A stretch of DNA of 64,000 nt from assembly GCA_977018835.1 (NCBI GenBank), contig OZ361259.1, positions 930,001 through 994,000 of the forward strand. Reading direction: 5' to 3'. Shown here piece after piece: positions 40,026 through 51,994 of the stretch. This stretch comes from Minutocellus sp. GHC0000111 (taxonomy: Eukaryota). Positions within the stretch are counted from its first letter, which is position 1, and each line of letters opens with the position of its first letter. The notes below the pieces were generated by a model that did no database searches, was not told the origin of the DNA, and was given only the letters and a program-made list of their open reading frames with translations. Position numbers and translations under genes: made by a program.

Positions 40026-42455
40026 AAGGCCACAACCACCATCTATTTGAAACAGAATGTAGGCATCATTAAAAGCGCAGAAGTTCCCCACGTCTTCAGC
40101 AGCGTCAATGAGGATGGACACTGTGCCATTGCCTTCTTCGTGAAATGCATTGTATGTTTCGACAGGAATGACAAAAGACTCCTCCAAGTATTCTATCCTG
40201 CACTGCGTCATCGGTGGGCCCATGAATCTGCCGATGAGAGGAAAAGCTGTTCCAGAGGTATTATTTAAAAAAAAGATATTGGCATGTTCTTCTTCACCTC
40301 CTCCATCGTAATCACCCCTGATAAAAATCCGCAGTTCAACACTGAGAGTAGCTCTTGGCAATCCTAACAGGGTAAATACAAAATCTCCTCCGGCAGAATC
40401 AAGCATTTCTAGTGATGAAAGGCAAAGGCTTGACGTCGGGGCAAATGATGTACTTGGGGCAAACGATGTACTTGGGGCAAATGATATACTTGGTGACTCG
40501 GACGGAATTGAAGACGGGACATCGGACGGAATTAAAGACGGGGCATTGGATTGAGAAGGCAATGAAGACGGGACATGGGAAGGAGATTGAGAAGGCAATG
40601 AAGACGGGACTGAAGACGGGACATGGGAAGGAGATTGAGAAGGCAATGAAGACGGGACATGGGAAGGAGATTGAGAAGGCAATGAAGACGGGACATGGGA
40701 AGGAGATTGAGAAGGCAATGAAGACGGGACATCGGAAGGAGATTGAGAAGGCAATGAAGACGGGGCTTTGGTAGGGGCTTTGGTAGGTGGATTTGTACTG
40801 GGGACCGGGGGGACGGGGGTGGTGACGGGAGGAGGATTAGTCGGCGGGGCCATTGTAGGAGGTGGATTTGTACTGGGGGCCGGGGGGACGGGGGTGGTGA
40901 CGGGAGGAGGATTAGTCGGCGGGGCCATTGTAGGAGGTGGATTTGTACTGGGGGCCGGGGGGACGGGGGTGGTGACGGGAGGAGGATTAGTCGGCGGTGC
41001 CAATGTAGGAGGTGGATTTGTACTGGGGGCCGGGGGGACGGGGGTGGTGACGGGAGGAGGATTAGTCGGCGGTGCCAATGTAGGAGGTGGATTTGTACTG
41101 GGGGCCGGGGGGACGGGGGTGGTGACGGGAGGAGGATTAGTCGGCGGTGCCAATGTAGGAGGTGGATTTGTACTGGGGGCCGGGGGGACGGGGGTGGTGA
41201 CAGGAGGAGGATTAGTTGGCGGGGCCATTGTAGGAGGTGGATTTGTACTGGGGACCGGGGGGACGGGGGTGGTGACGGGAGGAGGATTAGTCGGCGGGGC
41301 CATTGTAGGAAGTGGATTTGTACTGGGGACCGGGGGGACGGGGGTGGTGACAGGAGTGGGGATGGTGACAGGAGGAGGATTAGTTGGCGGGGCCATTGTA
41401 GGAGGTGGATTTGTACTGGGGACCGGGGGGACGGGGGTGGTGACGGGAGGAGGATTAGTCGGCGGGGCCATCGTAGGAGGTGGATTTGTACCCAGTGGCT
41501 GAAGGTCTACCACCGAGCCTCCGATCAGATTCCCGAATGAGTCGGAGTTGATTGCATCCTCGAATGAACCTTGACATGTATCTCCGTCTTCACAGCTTGT
41601 TCCTTCGTATACTATGCTTGTGCTGAATTCAACAGTACTTGTAGTATTTGAGGTGTTTGTACTGTTGGCCCGGAGGTGCCGTCTGCTTGTTTCAATGAGC
41701 ACAGCAGAAGTACAGCAGCTCACAATGGAAGTCAGTAGGTCTATCTCCTCCAGCACAGCGCAGATTGAAACCTGAAACACATCTAGGTCAACTGAACCAA
41801 GGGCATTGATGTCGGTCTGGAAAGATCCAAAATTGTAGAAGTTAAATACAATTTGATCGAAATCGTCGTAGTCACGGCATTCTGCATTGGGGGTGACAGG
41901 AGTGGGAGCCGGGGGGACAGGAGTGGGAGCCGGGGGGACAGGAGTGGGAGCCGGGGGGACAGGAGTGGGAGCCGGGGGGACAGGAGTGGGAGCCGGGGGG
42001 ACAGGTTTGGGAGCCGGGGGGACAGGTTTGGGAGCCGGGGGGACAGGAGTCGAGCCAGACTTGCTCTTGGACTTGGATCCTCCAGTGGACTTGCTCTTGG
42101 ACTTGGATCCTCCAGTGGACTTGCTCTTGGACTTGGATCGTCCAGTGGACTTGCTCTTGGACTTGGATCGTCCAGTGGACTTGCTCTTGGACTTGGATCC
42201 TCCAGTGGACTTGCTCTTGGACTCGGATCCTCCAGTGGACTTGCTCTTGGACTCGGATCCTCCAGTGGACTTGCTCTTGGATCCTCCAGTGGAGCTGTAG
42301 CTGTAGCCGGTGCTCCACAAGTCACGGGCGCCACCTTTGAGTCCGTTCTTCTTTCCAAAGAGATTCAAAGATCCCCACTGATTCTCATTTCCATGTGCGA
42401 CGTCGGCAAACAACAAAATTCCAACAGCGAACAGAAGTGCCACCTCAACCTTCAT
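40020..42455 (-). CDS. Secreted mucin/silaffin-like cell-wall or extracellular protein, 811 aa
   Basis: Signal peptide MKVEVALLFAVGILLFADVAHG, then LKGGARDL propeptide, (GGSKSKSKST)n, (PVPPAPT)n, a Cys-containing acidic domain with RRHLR, 75-bp (TNPPPTMAPPTNPPPVTTPVPPAPS)n, (PSSLPSQSPSHV)n and a globular C-terminus; single open frame. Confidence 0.85.
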   Translation of the reverse strand: MKVEVALLFAVGILLFADVAHGNENQWGSLNLFGKKNGLKGGARDLWSTGYSYSSTGGSKSKSTGGSESKSKSTGGSESKSKSTGGSKSKSKSTGRSKSKSKSTGRSKSKSKSTGGSKSKSKSTGGSKSKSKSGSTPVPPAPKPVPPAPKPVPPAPTPVPPAPTPVPPAPTPVPPAPTPVPPAPTPVTPNAECRDYDDFDQIVFNFYNFGSFQTDINALGSVDLDVFQVSICAVLEEIDLLTSIVSCCTSAVLIETSRRHLRANSTNTSNTTSTVEFSTSIVYEGTSCEDGDTCQGSFEDAINSDSFGNLIGGSVVDLQPLGTNPPPTMAPPTNPPPVTTPVPPVPSTNPPPTMAPPTNPPPVTIPTPVTTPVPPVPSTNPLPTMAPPTNPPPVTTPVPPVPSTNPPPTMAPPTNPPPVTTPVPPAPSTNPPPTLAPPTNPPPVTTPVPPAPSTNPPPTLAPPTNPPPVTTPVPPAPSTNPPPTLAPPTNPPPVTTPVPPAPSTNPPPTMAPPTNPPPVTTPVPPAPSTNPPPTMAPPTNPPPVTTPVPPVPSTNPPTKAPTKAPSSLPSQSPSDVPSSLPSQSPSHVPSSLPSQSPSHVPSSLPSQSPSHVPSSVPSSLPSQSPSHVPSSLPSQSNAPSLIPSDVPSSIPSESPSISFAPSTSFAPSTSFAPTSSLCLSSLEMLDSAGGDFVFTLLGLPRATLSVELRIFIRGDYDGGGEEEHANIFFLNNTSGTAFPLIGRFMGPPMTQCRIEYLEESFVIPVETYNAFHEEGNGTVSILIDAAEDVGNFCAFNDAYILFQIDGGCGLP

Positions 42456-43176
42456 CTTTATAATTGTGATTATGTCGAGTCTGTGGTGTTTGAAATGGAA
42501 ATAAAAAGTCTTTTCATGAACCTTCAATAAAAGTTTAAAAAATTGTACATTCGGGTCTTTATGTCGTGTGGTGTTTGTGAAATGGAAATAAAAAGTCTTT
42601 TCAAGAATCTTTATTAAAATTTTAAACCCATGCACATCCGGGGGTGGGGGAACGGGTGGACGGACAGACCACTTGGAATGGAAAAATGAGAGTTGAGGTC
42701 GCATTCAAACGGCCGTGCAGCATTTGTGCACATGAAGTTCTTCCACTTGGCCTGGCTGGGCTTGGCCGGCTTTTTCTTTGAGGGTTAGGGTTCGAGTCAT
42801 TCCACCCTGCCGGCAGGGGATGGGAGGCAAGAAGCGGCCGTTGGCTGAGACGACACTGATGGCTCACTCGAAGGAGCACTGACTGGTCAGGAACGAGCTT
42901 GGTGAGAAGACGGCAAAGAGGTTGGGCTGCTCGACGGCGACGCGCTTGGGGAGCTGGCAGGTGAAGCAGAAGTGCGACCAATGCATTGTCAAAACCGGAA
43001 GTGCAAACCCGAAAGGCCTCCTTGAACCTTGTTCAGCCAGTTCTGAATGTTGCGGAAATGACCGTGGTGGCTGCAATTGCATTGCCAAAGACGTTCTGCA
43101 ACTTTTTGGAATTTCTATCCCTTGCCCTGTGGCTTGCTGCAACATTGCAAGTGTCGTCCCACAAATGACGAGCAAC

Positions 43177-43346
43177 ACCTATGAAGGCCCTGTGATGTTG
43201 AATCCTCCCCCAATTAGATTTTTTAGAAGACAACTCATTTCCTCCTGTCCAAAATAATCCCTAACCTGTGAAGGCCCTGTGATGTTGAATCCTCCCCCAA
43301 TTAGATTTTTTAGAAGACAACTCATTTCCTCCTGTCCAAAATAATC
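43177..43346. repeat. ~83-bp direct duplication
   Basis: acct(a/g)tgaaggccctgtgatgttg...ccaaaataatc occurs twice, 87-bp period. Confidence 0.9.
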
Positions 43347-43385
43347 ACTGCCTTAACCCTAGCACTAGGATCAACCAACTTCAAG

Positions 43386-43618
43386 CTAGTGCCACACCAC
43401 ATTCATGGCACTGAGAGACCAAGAGTTGCTGGGATGGCTGTTGGATGCCGGCTGTCTGCTCTGGCACTGCCTTCTGCTGTGTCACTTCAGGGGAGTGACA
43501 GATGGTTGCCATGCGATGAACACTGTGTGCTGACGGTGCAGGTGATTTGACAGGTCAGCATAAATCTTTTGTAAAACATGCACTTTGCATGAGAATGGTG
43601 CCTGGCAAAGGAACCAGA
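43386..43618 (-). mobile_element. Solo copy of the 233-bp Helitron-like element
   Basis: Matches 1173-1405; identity stops at the CTAG end and one base past the TC end (shared flanking A). Confidence 0.65.
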
Positions 43619-44034
43619 TCGCACGATCTCTTGCGTTCATAATTCATTACCTCTGCTAAAAGTAAAAGCAATTGCAAATTATCAGTACTAGTACAACTAT
43701 TCGCTATCCTCTTTTGTTTGGCCACAATACGTCGATACCGAAACACCCTCAACCTGGCCTGAGCTGACCACGATTGAGAATCTGAAATTGGTTTATCAAA
43801 TATTGATAAAATAATAAGCGCGTGCCGTGAAGCTGACCAATGGTTACTATTGAGAATTTAAAAGCAATTTTAAGTGTTGTTGAGTGCACTTCATTTCTGT
43901 CATCACTTTTCCTGGTCAGGCTGCAATTCAGAGATGACACAAAAACTGGGAAAAAATAGGCTTCATTAATTACTTTGTGTAGAAGAGCTTATGAAGTTAT
44001 TTCCCCTTGATTCTAGATTTTTAAGTTTACATCA

Positions 44035-44481
44035 TTAGAAAAGTAACTTGATAAGTTGACAATGCGGCTCGTTTGCCATTGTAACAAGGGAGGAACAGAG
44101 CCCTCCCATTTTGAGGCTATCTGGTGTTTTTCCATGCAGATTTTGCACGACGCCCTCCAATTCTGGCGAGAAGTGTTGAATAGAAACCTGGTCAAACACT
44201 GTCCACAATCCTTTATTGACATTGTACATGTCAAGTTCATTCTTCCCTCGTATTTGAAACAACTCCCGTGAATTTTGTGCCATGCATTTCCACTTTTTCC
44301 CAATGAACCGCGTTTTGTTGGCAACCTGTCGATGTTCAGCTTTTACAAATGAAGAACTACCTAAATACAACTTTCGTGCATTTTCTCTATCTCTTACTCG
44401 CTTGCTTTCGCTCTGATAGAAAATGTTGTAGCCGCTCGGTGGCTTTGTAGGTTTTTTCGGTGCTCCTTTAGTGCTGGTCAT
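44035..44481 (-). CDS. HMG-box protein
   Basis: PKKPTKPPSGYNIFYQSE..R....IGKKWKCM....RELF....KNELDMY matches the HMG-box consensus. Confidence 0.75.
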   Translation of the reverse strand: MTSTKGAPKKPTKPPSGYNIFYQSESKRVRDRENARKLYLGSSSFVKAEHRQVANKTRFIGKKWKCMAQNSRELFQIRGKNELDMYNVNKGLWTVFDQVSIQHFSPELEGVVQNLHGKTPDSLKMGGLCSSLVTMANEPHCQLIKLLF

Positions 44482-46082
44482 TGTTCCCTTGTATTTATTT
44501 GTGTGAGGAATTCGATGTTAGTCCCCCTAGATCTACCCCGTAGCTACTAGGCCTACATAGGAAATAGCGTACTACGCAGCAGCTACGTACGTAGCTAGAG
44601 CTAGCTACGGACAAAACACGCCTGAGCTTTTTCCCACTTCCACGACGATGAACACACCTGAGCTTTTTCCCACTTCCACGACGATTGCACAAGAAAACTC
44701 TCCATGTGAGACTTATTGAAAATTCCAAGAGGAATCGAATGAACGTCGGACCAAAAGCGAATTCACTCGAGAAGTTGGTCAAATCGACGAAAAACTGAAG
44801 ATGCGGGTGAGTTTCTGAGGCAGATTCGGCATGTTCCCGTTGAAGTGACCAATCTGCTGTCCTCACGACTATTTTTTGTCCTCGGCCTTCGCCCGACTCC
44901 TCGTCGCTCGCTCTACCGCATTGGAGTTGTCCCCCACATTATTGTTACCACCATGTTAGACGAGCCTGAGCTTGCTTATGGAGTGGCCATACTTGAAATG
45001 CATGTGGCGGCCATGAGTCTGAAGAAGATTGGCAGGGGCGTGATGATGAGAGGTGGAAGGAAATGGTGTTTCTAGGTCTGTCAACGTGCTTCTTCGGCTG
45101 GTGCGGCACGCTCTGCTGAGCCACAGCTGCAGCAAGGCTATTTTAATAAGTGGAGCCATGACCAAGCCCTTCAGCACTTGCAGAGAGCAATTTATGACTA
45201 CAAGGACAGCAGCGCCCTTGCCGCTATTTGCACTCGCTTCCGCTCCGGTCGAGCCATTGAGGCAAATGCAAGAAAGGTGCTAAAAAAGGCGGCAGATTCT
45301 CAGACCGGTGAGACTGTTATCAATGGGACATCTATTAGGCAGTCTCAATTTAGAAATTTTATACCCTGAGCAAATGCGGAGGTTGATGAGGCTCTCAAAA
45401 TATTGATTCCATCAGAGAATCACAGAAATCTCTTTTGTAATGTGCGCAATCCCAACAAACACTTCTGTGATTTACAAGAATGACAGCGGCGCAGAGGAAA
45501 GACTGTATTTGAAGGATGTTGCTATTTCTTATGATGATCCGGATGCCGGTAAGTGAAATTTCATCATTTATTTTACATTTTGTAAATGAAGTCTAACAGT
45601 GTTTTTCCTTTCTTTCATTTTCATCGCAGAAGCATTCAGCTCTGCCTTGCATCGAGGGACGCCTCCATCGAATCCATTGATTGTTGCATTCTAGCCGCTG
45701 TCTATTTCTACCAAGTTGAGCTCTAACCTGAACTGGCTGGTCGAATGTTTATTTTCCCTTTGAAGCCTAGTCTAAACGATTTTTGACCATGTCATTTTTT
45801 TGTTTTCGTTTCTCGATTTCTTCGGAATAGCAGACGTGTTAATTAAGGCACAGCAGATAATTAGGACTCGACTCTCTCTCCCTCCCTCTTTATGCCAAAA
45901 TTCATTATGAGTGGGGTAGATAGAATCAAACAACTGTTCGGCATGTGCGTTTTGAATTTGTTTCTGCGTTAAGTTTTTATAATGCGACTGGCAATCACAT
46001 GCATCTCTACCTCAATGGGCACTGTGAAGAACACTCTCAATAAAATTCTATGAGGCCAAACTGTTGTGAGGATTTGGACCAG

Positions 46083-48187
46083 TCACGAACCAACATGAAT
46101 CCATCCACTTGTCACCGCCTGCAGTGCCACAAGACATGAGCAGCAAACTCTGTGAGCACAAGCAGCAGAGCGCACTGGCAGGTGTGATTCATGCCTTTGT
46201 GAGAAACTTGACAAGCAAGCATCAAAATGCTCATAGCAGACAGGACAAAGAGTGTCATTTTCATCAGCGCTGCTTTCCAATGATCTAACTACAGAATCAG
46301 TGCCCAAACTGGCAACAAGTTTGGAAGTCTTCTTTTCTTGATCTGTGATGCCAAGAAAGCACAATTGGATGCTGTGTCAAGAGCTGCTTTGGCCTTCCTC
46401 TTTCTACGACGCTCCTGCCTGCTTCTGTGCAGTTCTTGATGCCTCACTTCACGCTGATGATGAAAGTCACTGTGGTCACAGTCAGTGCATTGACTCATGG
46501 CTTCACCTGTGGTGTTGTTCTCATCTTGTCCTCCTGCAGCAGCAGAGCTTCTAGGGGCTGGCTGTTGCTGAGTGTTGTTTAACAATCAATGAAAGCAGGT
46601 GACTGTAGAGGTGCTTCAGGTGCAAAGAGAAGAGAGCACCACTTTCACCTTTGCTGTTTCTGTTTGTCACTCTGCACAGCTCCCTCTTCTCAACAACTGG
46701 ACTGCTAGCAAATGAAAGGGCACCATCAATGTTGTCAAGTCCTTTCACATTGTTGCCTGGTTGTGTCATGTGGTTGCCTGCTGCATGTTCAACAGCATCT
46801 TGATGAGAAAGAAAGATCGCTCCAGAGCTGAGAGTGCAACTTGTGCCAAAGCTTCTCACAGCAAAAAACTTAGCATCACTGCATTCACCAGGGTCTGTTT
46901 GTGGTGCTTCTCTCTTGGTGGCGTCACCTGCTTCTTCGTTGTCACTGCTCAAGTTGGCACTGTCACCACCCCTTACACCACCTGTGCTCTCCTCAATGTA
47001 AACAACACTGTTTGCCCACTGGCACCTCTTGCTCCTGCTTGACAAACCTGATCTCTTAAGACAAGATGCTAGTGTGTGTGGGTCATCTTCTTTCAAGCTC
47101 TTTTCAGGTTCAAGTGTAGAAGTGCCATCTTTCCATTTGACTTCAATTTCATCACTTTTGGACAAATTTTGAGCAGATGCAGCTTCTGTGACACCATGAC
47201 ATTGATCAATGCTTTTCCAAACAGCTGTGTCAAGTGATGAGACCAAGGCCTCAGTTTCTGTAACAATGGCATTTGGGGGGTGCTCCCAATAGCCACGAGA
47301 ACAATTCCACACCATCCCTTCCTCCCAATTAGGGTGCCTGTTGGTGGGTTCCTTGAAAACTTTATTGAGATGATCCCATCTCAGACTTGCTCTGTCAATT
47401 GATGGCACACAGTCCCAAGGTGTCACTCCATCTGGCTGATAACCAACACCACAAGCATGAGCCCAGTCTTTTATTTTTAGAAATGCTGTAGCAAGGGTAC
47501 AATTTTTGTAACGATTCCTTCCCTCAATGGCATTCAAGAGGAACTCATCACCTTTCTTGGATTTGAGCTGAGATGAGAAAGATTTGCGATTGAAAGATGA
47601 GATGTTGCAACCAGCCTCAGGTGCAGGTCGTTCCTCAATTTCTTGCATGGTGGCACCAAGAATTGTCAATCAAGGCACTCTGCTACTGAGGAAAACTCTC
47701 ATGCCAGGAGTAAGCCGTTCTCATCTTTGGCATCTCTGGCCATCAGTTGCCTCTTCAGCTGCTGCATTTCATAAGCCGCAAGCCCCTTGATGCACTCATT
47801 GAGGCTAAAATCACACACATCATTGTCATGAAAAATGATTCGAAAGTTTCCAGGTAGGAGTGGATGGTCAGTCATGAATGGTGATGCCCTTGCAGCTTCT
47901 TGAGCTGTCACACCAGCAGCAAACACAGGAGTGCCATCCAGGAAGCAATGGATGCCGTTGCACACACCAGTGCATGTACATGTAGCCCTACTTTCTTTCC
48001 CCAAATTTGCTGCTACTACGGCACCTACGTAGTATTTTGTCCCAAACTTTGCCAGCAGGTGCTTCCCCAGAGCCTCTATTTCATAAAATGCAGCAACAGC
48101 GGAGTTAGCTGAAGCAGAAAAATGTTTGTTAGCACCTTCTTCATCTGGTGGAAGAGATTCTAGTGAATTTGGTGTTTCTCTGATCAT
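46083..48187 (-). pseudogene. CpG-decayed, probably TE-associated coding remnants (chromo-like, RNase H1 N-terminal-like and RING segments)
   Basis: IEVKWKDGTSTLEPEKSLKEDDP; KFFAVR..GAIFLSH.DA...VKGLDNIDGALSF; CPVC...CAHRVCCSCL. Frames are broken and CpG is very scarce. Confidence 0.5.
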
Positions 48188-50698
48188 CTTTCTTTTGGCT
48201 GGCTGAAAATGAGAAAATGAAAAAAAATCGTTTGAAATAAATTATGCCACACACTACGTGCTTGCTAATGCGTAGTGAGTAGGGCCTAGTCTAGCTAGAG
48301 GCACATTCTGATCCAAAACGAAATGTTAGCAAATGATTATCGCATTTATCATGCGTCATTGAGCACTAATGGTTTGCCATTTTCGACCTCAACGAGTAAA
48401 AAATGTCCTTCCAAGTTTCCGAGCAGACTTGAAAAACGAAAGAGGGAGCAGCAGCGCTTGGCGTTGCGTCGCACCAAATAATTTGCACCGACAAAGACAT
48501 GTTTTTCAAATCAATGCCCGGGTCTTGCCTCTTGGATTTGTGCTGGGTTGATTTTCCTTTTGAGTGTGATTGTTAGGAAACAAAGACAGCTCCAAAAAAT
48601 CGGCTTGCTCGAAATTGTCTTTGTGTTGTTAGAAGGACCACTTGATCTTGACGCCTTCCGGTGACAATGATGCAAATTTGAAAATTCCTCAAATTTGCAG
48701 ACCAAAAAGACAAAAAATAAGGCAAGGTAATTTGGTGGTTGGGCTCTAACAGGCTCTAACATGCAACATAGTCGATCGATCGATTTTGATGTCGCCCCGC
48801 AACGGGGTTGCAATTGGGCTTCAGTTGGCCAGAAGGTGGAGTGGAACAAAACTTAAGAGATTCCTGGGTAGAGCCATCGATTGGCTTCAGCTGTCTTTAG
48901 GGTTGAATGGCGCAGCTGAAATGTTCAGGTCACATGCATCTCAGCGTCAAGGCAAATTATCTTAAAATTCAAAATCCTTCTTGAGTTTGAATCAAGGTCA
49001 ATCAGGTCTCAACAGTCTCAATGTGTGTCCAAGAGGATTCTTTAAATTTGGACAAAATTGAGAGGCATGTGAAAAGGCTGGGGGGCCTTCGCAGCTGCTA
49101 GCAGGTGTCGCCAAGGCAGCTCCTCTGAAGACTTTCCCATGGAAACTGAACCAAAGCCCCGCATGCTGTGTGTGGTGTCGACACACATGCAGTTGCAAGT
49201 GCTGAGCATTGCATGTGTCAAAGTGATTACTGGTGAAGGCAAGGCACTCATAGCCATTAAGGCTCAAGACTGCCAGCCGTCTGTGCAAAAGAGCTAATCA
49301 TGTCAAAAGTGTGCAATCTAATAACATCCTAAATCGTCCTGCACAGTGCTGAGATCTTTCAGCATCAATCAGTTTTCTCTTGCGATTGTCTTCTGCATGT
49401 CGCTCCTCGTTTTTATTTTTGTGAGTTCTAATCATAACGAGCGAGCCGCAAGTTGCACGTAGGCCGCACACGAAACACTGCACGCACATTCCATTCTATT
49501 AGACTACATGTGTGCCAAAGTTTGTGTCGTTCGGAGAGGGCGGGACCAAAAAATCACCGTTCAACGGTGACTTTTTTCAACAAAGAAACATGCAATTAAA
49601 ACAAAGAGCATCACTGCTTTCGATGACGCCATCGGAGTCGCCTTGATCTTAGCTTTTGTTTGGTCAAGGGTGGAGCACAAACGGACTCACAGTTGGTGAG
49701 CCATGCCATTTTGAATTTCACCAATGACGTTCTGTTCAAAGGTGATTTTTCTACGCTTGTGTCACTTCCGCATTTGTCGGCATTTGTTGGCCACCACCAA
49801 CACAACCACCATGCCGAACGCTGCAGTCCCTCCGTCTCGATAGCGATAACGGCTTGCGAACCACCAGCAACAACATTTTGTGGATATGAAAAGACATTTC
49901 ATGAGGAAACGAACGACATTGGCTGTGTAAGGAAAACGCACCGATGACCCCATGAAGTGCCACTCGCTCGCGCAGCGAAGAAATTTTGGCTGCTTTGATT
50001 GTGTAACAGTAATTTCAATGAAGTTTTATTTATAATAACATGTATCTATCTGAAAACTACATCTAACTTTCCGTCACTTGCTGCTATGCACTTTGTACCG
50101 GTGGTGCATCCAAAGAGCCTAACAATGTAGTAGAAACGACATTGATTCGGCTACAAATAACCTATCAAAGTATTTTGTATTCGGTATTGGGAAGAGGTGT
50201 ATCACTCTTGACTTGCTTTATTGGTGGAGATCTACTATCTACTAGTAGATCTACCGGTACATGCACTACAAGAGTTCAAGCCAGAGAGAGTTGTGTCTTT
50301 GTAGTTATCTTTTTTATAGCCAACGATCAGGTGCCAATTGCCTGTTACCGGTCTCGCGCAGCGAGTGAAAATTTACGAATGGATGGCACAAATATCACTG
50401 TTGCTTTTATTCATATTTTTATCATTCGGGTTCGATAGCGATAACGGCTTGCGAACCACCAGCAACAACTTTTTGTGGATATGAAAAGACATTTGTGTCT
50501 ACGTTTTTCGCCGTCGTCAGAAACTTGAGTTGGTCAATCCCTTGCATCATTTCGGAAAATTGGGAGCCCGTTAAGAGGGCGCTGTCCATAATTTTCCCCG
50601 TTTTTAATCCCCTTTATTCTTATTTCTTATGACGAGCGAAGCATGACAAAAACTCGACCCCACCATGAGAATCGCCGCTCTGCCCCCTCTTCATTACG

Positions 50699-51890
50699 AT
50701 GAAGCGCAGCGCTGATAATAGTGCCGGCCCGGCCCACAACGCAGATACGCGGTTGCGGAAACTCAAGACAGACAACTCCGGTCGCCCGATTTTGCCTGTT
50801 GACAAGAAGAAAGAGAAGGCGGAGGACAAAGCGAAAGACGCCTTTGCCGAGACACTGGAGGGCCTCGCCGTCACGTTGGAGAACGACCCGAACGGACAAG
50901 GACGAGAATTATGGAACAATCCCGGCGTCGGCCATGCACTTCAACATCTTGTCAAAGCAGTCGAGGCTTGCGCTGACAAGCATCATGTTCGGGATGATGT
51001 TGATGTCGCTGCTGAGCGGCCCAGCCTCGTAGTTGCCAACCTGTCCGTGGCTGATGTGAAGTTGAGGCTGACGGTCGGCATCGTCGATCAATTGCAAGAT
51101 CCCATGTTTGACGCCGGACCTGAATTCTTCCCTATATTTCAACTTCATGGGAAACGGATTCAACACCACATCGCTTGCTTTGCTTGATGGAAGCGGAAAG
51201 CTTGTCGTCGCTCGTGTTGCCCTGACAATTACCGAAAAGGCCCGAAGTCTACAACAGGGCCATGTGATCAAATTGACAAAGTTCCACCGATGGCATGTGG
51301 CTCCACATGATGACATGCACTCTGCTGCTGGGATTGGACTAGTTGATTTTGATGTTGTTGGAATGGGCCAACTTCTGCAGGTAGATGGTGGGCCATCAGC
51401 AGCGATCAGATCGGACACGGATGCTCTTGTTGCGGCCGTTTGTGAGGAAGCCGACGATGATCCGACGGCAGCGCCGGAGGCAGACACATTCGGTAATTGG
51501 GACGAGACCAGAGAGAGGCCGCCAATGCCCCCTGCTTGCTGCACTGCCGCCAACCGAAGCTGCTCAATGCACGGCACACTCTTCTTTCAGAAATGCGTCT
51601 GCGAAGAAATGCTGGTGCCGACGGAGGAGGACCTGGAGGATATCGCTGACAAATGCTACGCAACCACCATGCCAGTCGAAGCCATGGCAAATAATTTGAA
51701 GAGGAACATGCTGCATTGGCACTATGCAACTGAGGTGTGTCATGTGAGAGGTTGGCTTGATCGGAAGCCCTTGCCAACCTGTCTAGTCTTTTGCATTAGG
51801 TTCATTTGTCCAAATGACAAAGGTGAACGACATGTTGGATTCATCCCTGGTCATCAAGATGAAGAGGAAGAAGAAGAGGAAAATGCATAA
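50699..51890 (+). pseudogene. KolX-like accessory gene (P2X7 ballast-like Cys domain), frameshift near 51145
   Basis: C-terminal R.PLPTCLVFCIRFICP...G.RHVGF plus Cys clusters; two overlapping ORFs 50699-51187 and 51108-51890. Confidence 0.6.
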
Positions 51891-51994
51891 TCATTACCTC
51901 AACACATGTAGATAACAAGAATGTGCGTAGCACGTGAGCAACAGCACACAATAAATCCATTTTCATTTACAGTGATAAAATATTTTACACGTGT

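Noticed and set aside
40768..42530. Gly-rich plus-strand ORFs
   Set aside because: Antisense of Pro/Thr repeats in the secreted gene.
42456..42704. Upstream extension of the 894-aa ORF (likewise 36748-36807 for the P450)
   Set aside because: Signal peptides begin at the downstream ATGs; the 42456-42704 extension is AT-rich duplicated sequence.
42922..43257. Cys-rich 111-aa ORF
   Set aside because: No convincing start or recognisable family, and it runs into a duplication.
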